From Caecitellus pseudoparvulus (taxonomy: Eukaryota > Protista > Bigyra: Bicosoecida): a DNA stretch of 64,000 bases. A program made the translations under genes and the position numbers. Within the stretch, counting starts at the first letter, position 1. Every line of letters starts with the position of its first letter. Shown piece by piece: positions 56,887-64,000 of this stretch. The notes under the pieces were generated by a model. The model did not search any database. It was not told the origin of the DNA and saw nothing but the letters and a program-made list of their open reading frames with translations. Location of the stretch: NCBI GenBank assembly GCA_965644315.1, contig CBFFRQ010000076.1:62001-126000 (forward strand), read 5' to 3'.

Positions 56887-58740
56887 TCAGCCACGCAGCA
56901 GCTGTTGGTGCCTGCGCCAAAGGAGGAAAGGCCTGCGCAGAGACCAGTGCGCATCGTGCAGCAGGCGGGAAGCCGCCCGCTTGCCGAGCGCGTGGTCTGA
57001 AGCAGAGGTGTGTGCATCCGGTGTGCTGGAAATCACCGACCCTGCTTCACCTTCGCTGCTGGCTGCAGGGACTGCCGACTGCGACTCGGCACCCGAGCTA
57101 TCTTCGGGTGCCTGCAATGGCAGGTCAGAAAAGGCCCGGCACACCAGTTCAGTGTGCCTGTCCCCATGCTGGCGCATCAGGCCAAGCATGCAAGCGTACA
57201 ACGCGGCACGGTGCTGCCTTCGCAAGCTCCCGCTGCCTGCGACAGAGGCGATTGTTTTCGCAGTGTCCAGCACCATCCATGGTGGCATGGATGTGAACGC
57301 TTGGCCGTGACCCCAGTCGCTGCCCTGCAGCCGGTGCCACGGCGTGCCTCGGATAGACGGTGGGCACCCGGACCGCGCCAGCGCGCCGGCGTCGCCCAAC
57401 GCAGCCGCCAAGGGCCAAATGGAGGCTTCCCTGGCTGCCCACGCCATCACCTGACCAAGGTGTATGGCGGCCTTGCTTTGCTGTGCAATTTTTGGTGCGG
57501 CAAATGGCAGCTCGGCCGCCATGCACGCTGGTACGAAGGCCGGCCCGGTCAGGCGCAGCAGCGGCCACCACGACGCTCGAGCGAAGCCAGGGGCAGGGGC
57601 CCTGTCACGACACTTTCGCAGGACGCCACACAGGTCAATGGAGGAAAACGCCACTGCCCCGCGTTCGTGGGCCTGCACCAGCAGCTCCACCTGCTTCCAC
57701 GAGCCACTGGTCAGACAGTCCACCAGGCACTCAAGCGACGCTCTCGTCGCGGCCTCTGGCGCCAGGGCAGCCAAGATCAGGTCCGCGCACGATTTAGCAT
57801 GCTTTCTGCTCCCTGCCCCTTCCACAGCTCGCCGCAGGCCGACGCGGAGGGAGCTGAGCACGGCCTCCGGCTGTCCCTCCGTCAGCCCCTTAAGCCGCCC
57901 TAGCCACGCCTGAAGTGCATCAGGGCTGTCCATCAGCACCGCCACCTCCACGGGCACCAACCTGTGCCCCTTGGCCCACGTCGCTGATAGAGGGGGGAAG
58001 GAAATGGCTGCCTTACAGCCAAGGTCCGGCACGCCAAGCTCCCGGCCCAGGTCCAGCCAGTCGCCCAGCGCGGCTTGGAAGTCACAGGCAACTAAGGCCA
58101 CGCAGCCTTCATGCCACCCCCGCGCTTGCAAGGCGGGGTGGGCACCCAGGCTTTCCAGGACCTTCCTGCCACAGGCCACGGTGCGGACCGCTGTCGCGGC
58201 GTCGCCCGTCCGAGACACCGCCAGGCCCAGCGTCGGCAGCAACGCCCCGTCAAAGTTCACCACCGCAGCGCGCAGCCCCTGCAGCCCCTCGGCAGCCTCC
58301 AGGACCCAGTCTAATACGTGGTCCTGGGCGTACGCCATGGCGTCGTACAGGACGCTGGGGAAGTGTGTGCGCAGGCCGTTCCGGAGGTGACGTGCCAGAA
58401 ACTGAGCCTCGTCGTCACTCTCCTGCGCCAACGCCAGCAACAACTTAGACAACGCGAGAGCAGTCCCCGACCTCAGCACTTCGTCATTTGAGTATGCGCA
58501 CATGCGCAGCAAGCATTTCAGCACCGTCAGAGTGCCCAGGGTCTTGGGGACCTGGCTGGGCCAGGCAGGGACGCCTCCCGCTGCGTGCGCTGCATGGCAA
58601 GCAGCCACCGCCTCCACCTCGTAGCCGCGCCCCCACAAGTCACAGTGGGGAGGATACATCAGAAATGCTCTCTTGATTGTGGCCCCCGGCGGGAGCTCAT
58701 GAGAGCTCTCTCCAGGCGCGCCACGCGAGCTGGCAGCCAT
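56887..58740 (-). CDS. Uncharacterised alpha-helical protein, 617 aa
   Basis: ATG-initiated uninterrupted ORF with Leu/Ala-rich helical composition. No family motif recognised. Confidence 0.7.
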   Translation of the reverse strand: MAASSRGAPGESSHELPPGATIKRAFLMYPPHCDLWGRGYEVEAVAACHAAHAAGGVPAWPSQVPKTLGTLTVLKCLLRMCAYSNDEVLRSGTALALSKLLLALAQESDDEAQFLARHLRNGLRTHFPSVLYDAMAYAQDHVLDWVLEAAEGLQGLRAAVVNFDGALLPTLGLAVSRTGDAATAVRTVACGRKVLESLGAHPALQARGWHEGCVALVACDFQAALGDWLDLGRELGVPDLGCKAAISFPPLSATWAKGHRLVPVEVAVLMDSPDALQAWLGRLKGLTEGQPEAVLSSLRVGLRRAVEGAGSRKHAKSCADLILAALAPEAATRASLECLVDCLTSGSWKQVELLVQAHERGAVAFSSIDLCGVLRKCRDRAPAPGFARASWWPLLRLTGPAFVPACMAAELPFAAPKIAQQSKAAIHLGQVMAWAAREASIWPLAAALGDAGALARSGCPPSIRGTPWHRLQGSDWGHGQAFTSMPPWMVLDTAKTIASVAGSGSLRRQHRAALYACMLGLMRQHGDRHTELVCRAFSDLPLQAPEDSSGAESQSAVPAASSEGEAGSVISSTPDAHTSASDHALGKRAASRLLHDAHWSLRRPFLLWRRHQQLLRG

Positions 58741-59066
58741 GCTGCGGAGTGCGGATTTCGAGCGACGAAGCCAGGCCCCTTTCCCAAGCAGCCGGGCGGC
58801 TGCAGGGCCACAAGCAGTGCCGTGAACCGGAGATGTAAATGAAGTAGATTGTGCGAAGGAAAAATGCTCTGATAGTGCGCCTGAACGTGGCCGTCACAGA
58901 GTGGGGGGCGGTTGCAACTAGTTGTGCCACAAGCCCTGCCGAGCACAGGCGCCACCCTGAAGCACAACACGCCCTACTCGCCTGAGCCCTGGGGAAAAGT
59001 AGACACGACACGCCCACAGTGGGCGACTTCCAGGCCGTGACTAAAGTCTCTGTCACCCTCTAAGCC

Positions 59067-60775
59067 TCACACGGCACCATCCCTGTGCCGTTTGGTAAGG
59101 TCCACGTCAGCAACAGAGCCCACCTCACTGGGCGCTCGCACGGGTGCCGCGGCACTCGGCAAGTCTTCACCCTTGCCGCCGCCACAAGCAGCCTGCACAG
59201 CCACAGGGCGTACTGAAGAGGAGGGCAGGAATGGTGCCGCCTGTTGTGGGGTGGGCCAAGGCGCCATGATGGCCGGTGTGGCACCGACTTCCCCCCCCCT
59301 TGGGATGGAGGCGCTGGGGCTGCCGCTGCCGTGAGAGGAGTGGGTGAGGGAGCCCTGCAGCGCCTGGCGGAAGGGCAGCACGCTGCTGGTACCACTGTAC
59401 GCGGAGGAGCCACTGGAGCCGCCTTCCGAGCCAGCAACGGAGCCTCCACCACCGCCACCGCCACCGCCGGCGGCAAAGACGGGGGGCTGGGATGAGCCTG
59501 GCGTGCTGCCAGACACGACGCTGCTACCACCAGGTCCAAGGGTGGGCAGGGATACAGGCTTTGAGGGCTTCTCCTCTGCCATGGGGGCGATCCAAGGCAC
59601 CAGGCTGGCGCCACTGAACCAGGTGTGCTGTAGGAGACTGGTAATGTCGGGGCGCTGGGCAGGGTCCACGCGCAGGCACTGGGACAGCAAGTCCACCAAG
59701 AGGGGCGAGAAGTGCGACGGCCACGTCCAGGTGAAGCTGGCCTCCTTGGCCGTGGGTGCGCGGAGGGTGGCGAGGGTGGCACGCCACACCTCAGACGCAG
59801 CGATTTCCGGCTGCGTTGCGGCCACGAAGGCCCGGAAGCGGTAATCCGAGGGGACTGCTGACTTGAAGGGCACCTTACGGCTGCCCAAGACGTACATGGA
59901 CACGGCGAAGCTCCATACGTCGGCGGCGTAGGTGTTGTACCGGCCCTGAGCGATGGTGCGCTGGCAATGCAACAGCGTGTGCTCGGCGCTGCCCTGCGCA
60001 GGGGGCTTGCTGCCGGCGCGAGACACGGCCAGGCGCGCAGCGTGCAGCTGCAGCACCTCAGGCGCACAGTACTGTGACGAGCCGACGGTGCTGCTGGACA
60101 TGAGGGGCGGCGGCAGGGTGCCTGCAGGCGGCACCACGGTGGCAATGCTGGCGGCGCCGAAATCACACAACTTCGCGACACAGCCGTTGAGCGTGCTCAC
60201 GTCGCCCTCAGCGCGGACCAGGAGGATGTTCTCCGGCTTGATGTCACGGTGTGCCACGCCTGCCATGTGCGAGTAGTGCACGGCGGTGCCCACTTGGCTG
60301 GCCATTGCGATAAGGTCACGAGTCTCGCCCATGCCCCGCTTGCCAGCCGCCTGCATGGCTTTGAAGCCGTCCGTCTCGCCCAGCTCCATGCTCAGCGCAG
60401 GCGTGCCAACTTCGTTCACGCTGCCTGCAGAGAAGGTCTTGATGATAAAGGGGCACCCCAGGCCCAGGCGCCGGAACTGTGGATGGCCAGAGAGGGGCGG
60501 TGAACGTATGCGCCTCCGCGGGTGCGGTTGAGGGTGGCGCCACTTACGGAAGCGAGCTCCCGTCGCGCAGCGTCGGAGTCTGCGTTCGCGAAGACCTTCA
60601 CAGCCACAAGTTGGCCGCCGATCGTGGCCTTGTACACGGCCCCATGGCCTCCTTCCGCGAGCATGTCTGTGTGAGGCGGGGTGGAGTGGCATGACACACC
60701 AGCGGGCTGAATGCAGCGCCGCTTGCAGCACCCACCGCCAGACTCCAGCTGCAGGGTTGTTCCTGACGATGACAT
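59067..60775 (-). CDS. Ser/Thr protein kinase, paralog 3 (~522 aa); complement(join(59067..60476,60548..60666,60736..60775))
   Basis: LAEGGHGAVY, VAVK, RE (alphaC), HRDIKPEN, DFG, GSSQYCAPE, DVWSFAV and DPAQRP; introns at positions equivalent to paralog 1. Confidence 0.92.
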
Positions 60776-61833
60776 GGTTGGTAGGCTTTGCGAGTGAGCT
60801 CCCTGCACAGCGCAGGCGGCGTGAGGGCGTCAGATGCAGTGCTGGGGAGGTTCCGAGTTTTGGAACTGCGCCTCGCCTGCGCACGCGCGTCGACGGCCAG
60901 CCACACGGGCACCGGCGAGGCGCCCGGCCAGAGAGGGGCTCAAATTCAGTTGTTCTAGGCAACATCGCCCACCCACCGCTCCTGCAAGCAGCGGGCGCTG
61001 CTCGGGGGCGCTGGGAGGCAGCGCGGCATTGGTCGGCAGAGGAAAACACACCCACGCCGCCGCCGGCCGCCCCCTGGCCCCCCAAGCACGCAGCGGATGA
61101 CGGAATCCAACAAAACTACTTACACCAACACGTCTTCCGTATTTGCTGAGTGTCTTGCGCTGGGGAGGTCGTCTTGGCGGGGGAGAAGGCTGCGCTGGCG
61201 CTGGCCTTCTTCGAAGGGAGCGAGGGCTGGGCAAGCTGGTGCTGTAGTTCTCATGCACAGTGTCAAGCACATCGATAACCTGGAAAGGGGCAACATGAAC
61301 GACATTCAGAGTCCGCGTTTTGGTTTCGCTGTGCAGTTGGGCCGCACTGTGCAGCTGGCAGGCGGAATCGAAGGCCCCAGCGGCCGCCAGTGACGTACAG
61401 GGGTGGCAGGGGGGGGGGGCTACACACGGAGCAAGTGGCCCGCCGCCGCCCCAGCGCAGTCCGACCAGCGCACGCGCACACAGGGCATCGCGGCAGGAGG
61501 ATCAGGCAGTCATGAAATGCACACTTCCTGCTCCCACTGCCGCAATGCCCACGCCAGCTGGCCGGCGCAGCGGCGCTGCACCGCAAAGCAGCTAGCGCAC
61601 GAAGCTTGCGAGGCTCTGTCGACCAGCACAAGGCAAGAGTCGCCGCACGAGGCCCGACGGCCAAGTGGCTGCCGGAAGTGCGCGGCACGGGGGAAAGATA
61701 AGAGACATATGCCCGCATGCAAGGTGGCCGCGCCGGGCAAGCGGCACCGGAGCAGAGCAGAGCAGTGGATTTGCGGAGCGTTGCCCCGTCACCAACGAAG
61801 TCCTCACCTGCCCGCCCTGCCTGCAGGAGCGAA

Positions 61834-64000
61834 TCAGTACCCGCCTTGGCTTCCGAACTGCGCCTCGATGGCACTGTTCCATGGGTTGGCCTCTGGAAGC
61901 CATGTGGTGTTGGTCTGCAAGTCCTTCCACACGACGGCTGCGAGGGCTTGGTGGCCGGGCTGTCGCGGGTGGAAGCCGTCCACGCTGCGCAGGTGAAAAG
62001 TCACGCGCCGTGCCGCAGGGAAGGTGGCAGGCAGGGGCGAAGAGGGGGAAGACGCACGGTTCGATGAGTTGCCAGCCTTCGCCGTTGTACTCGCGTTCGA
62101 AGTCCCCAATGAGTTTGACCCAGTCCACGGAAAGCACGTGCGTGTCAAAGTGCTTGTATGCCATCTCACGGTGGACCTCCTCGTACACTGCACTGAGGTT
62201 GGCTGCCCGCGCACTGGTGAAGTCCCGCCAGGTCTGTGAAAGGAGTGGAAGATGCGGTGATGTGCCTCCTGTGGGGTGGCGTGTGGCGCAGGCGAGCGCT
62301 GGTCAGGCACACACCTCATTGGTGTTCAACCACCCCCAGCAGGGGTTGGAGCCGGTGCAGGAGAGGAATTCGTACACAGCGGGGTAGTGCACGCCCAGAG
62401 GGTGCACACGGTCGTGCATGTTGTCCCACAGCACCCGCCCGTCCACGAGGGGCATGAAGGCGACGTGGGAGCCAGCTGGTAGGATGGTGTCCAGGTACTC
62501 CATGCCCTTCAGCACAGCCGTCTTGAACTCCGGCACCGTGGTCATGTGGGAGGAGCCAGGGTGCCCATTGCACACGTCGTTGCCGATGAGGGCCCAGAAC
62601 ACCAACATGGGGTGGTCCATGGTCTGGTTCCGGGCCAGGCTGTACATGATGCCGTCGGGGGCGGCCACAGAGCCGACGCGCGCGCCGTTCACGCCCGTGT
62701 TCTGCAGGTCCCGGTGGTTGCACTTGTTCAGGCGGTTCATGTAGCCGTAGATGGAGGGGTAGTTTGCCATGGTGAGGTTGTCCACTGTGGCGGGGCAGTC
62801 AACGGAGTCCCGGAAACCCGTGCTCCACGAGCACTGTGGCCAGTCGGCCTCGTTGGCGGCGAAGGCGATGATGCGGTCCAGGGGCAGGGAGAAGTTCTGC
62901 GCATTGATGTACTGGGGGGGGATGTGGAAGTGGGCGGTGGCGGAGTCACCCAGAATGCCCACGCCCATGGGCGCATTGGCCCCCGAGCACCACGCCTCCT
63001 CGTACGGGATCCCGCTGGCGTTCACACCAGAGATGCCGTTGCAGTTGTGGTCCACTGAGGGAGGGTGGTGCGTCACGGCGCGCCCCGGGTACACTGTCGC
63101 GTCGTCGTCCGCACAGTCCCGGCCTCGCCAGGAAGAGCCCCGGAACTGGTACACGCCCCCAGCGAAGTAGTCATTGTCGCCATCCACGAGGGGCAAGTGC
63201 TCCGAAAACGTGCGGTGGATGTCGCAGGTGATGTTGAACAGGTCACAGGCGGGGTAGTGCCCCAGGGCGGTGGAGCCAGCCGCGAGAGAAGCTGCCTTCA
63301 GCGCGCGTGCCCGGCGCACAGCGTCCCCGACGACACCAGCGCCATGCGCCTTGATCAGGCTCGTGCGCAGCACTTCGTTGGCGACGAAGGGCCACACGGA
63401 GGTCATGGTGAGGACGTTGGCGGGGTGGGCCGCCTCGTACGAATTCTCCAGGCTCAGCAGCCCGTACAGCGTGGACAGCGTGGTAGGCGGCACGCCATGC
63501 TGGGCGCCGACTGCGACGATGCGCGTCGCTTCCTCCCGCCCCATGTGCTCCAGCATCGTCGTGGGCACGCCATCCACCACCCCCATCTCGCCGTGCAGCG
63601 CGCTCTCCAGAGCACCGGCTTGCTCGTCGCTGAGTGGCTGTGCGCCAGCGGCAGGGCCCAGCGCAGGCTCCAGCTGCTCCAGCAGACGGCGTTGGTCCAG
63701 TGGATTGCCATCAGTGGGGAACTTGGGGGAAGGGGTCGGCCAGTTCACCCACACATTGCACTGGGCATCAGGGCCGGCACAGATACCAATTTCCGCACAC
63801 ACCTGGGCGGGCGGCGCGTCGTCCGCCTTGGGCGTGAAGTCAGGGCCAAAGCGCTGGGCACGGGGAGAGGCACAGTGTATGTGTAAAGCGCGTGCTGCGA
63901 TCTCGCAGTCGCTGGGCTTGGCAGCCAGACGCAGGCATCACTTGACACAGCCAGGGCTGGGGAAGTGCACTGCACTTGGCAGCGAACGTACCTGGTCCAC
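61834..64000 (-). CDS. AOAH: Acyloxyacyl hydrolase (saposin plus SGNH lipase), 5' part outside the window; introns ~61985..62057, 62234..62314, ~63854..63991
   Basis: HLPLVDGDND, FRGSSWRGRDC, DHNCNGISG, ILGDSATAHFHIPP (catalytic Ser), CNHRDLQN.GVNGA, IGNDVC, PCWGWLN, EPVDGFHP (Asp/His) and C-terminal FGSQGGY; saposin-like PAQVCAEIGIC. Confidence 0.93.

Overview
This is GC-rich, gene-dense eukaryotic DNA. Genes carry short GT-AG spliceosomal introns (mostly 65-140 nt; donors often GTGCGT/GTGAGT/GTACGT, acceptors mostly CAG), so most ORF-track entries are exon fragments or antisense/shadow frames. The source is probably a heterotrophic, bacterivorous protist such as a stramenopile (inference only). 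I reconstructed about 20 genes by eye: a Pro-rich protein with a C-terminal PH-like domain, an Ala-rich coiled-coil repeat protein, an Aa_trans amino-acid transporter, a DOT1-like methyltransferase, a secreted clan-A glycosidase-like protein, a small coiled-coil protein, PP2C, a giant IQ/EF-hand protein, a ~2850-aa RCC1/IPT/multi-TM surface protein, a gustatory-receptor-like (7TMIC) protein, a GCP6-like gamma-tubulin complex protein, a rhomboid-like protein, an M14 carboxypeptidase, three paralogous Ser/Thr kinases, a FAIM-like/DPF adaptor, two unknown proteins and a 5'-truncated AOAH. Most notable: (1) a ~5.2 kb insert flanked by a ~210-bp direct duplication of gene 1's 3' end, where the copies differ mostly at synonymous sites, resembling 3'-end-replacing integration; (2) the GR/7TMIC-like channel candidate; (3) a FAIM-domain protein with an endocytic-motif tail; (4) several apparent pseudoenzymes. 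No rRNA, tRNA, CRISPR array or recognisable transposase/integrase was seen. All family calls come from motif recognition by eye, not database searches.
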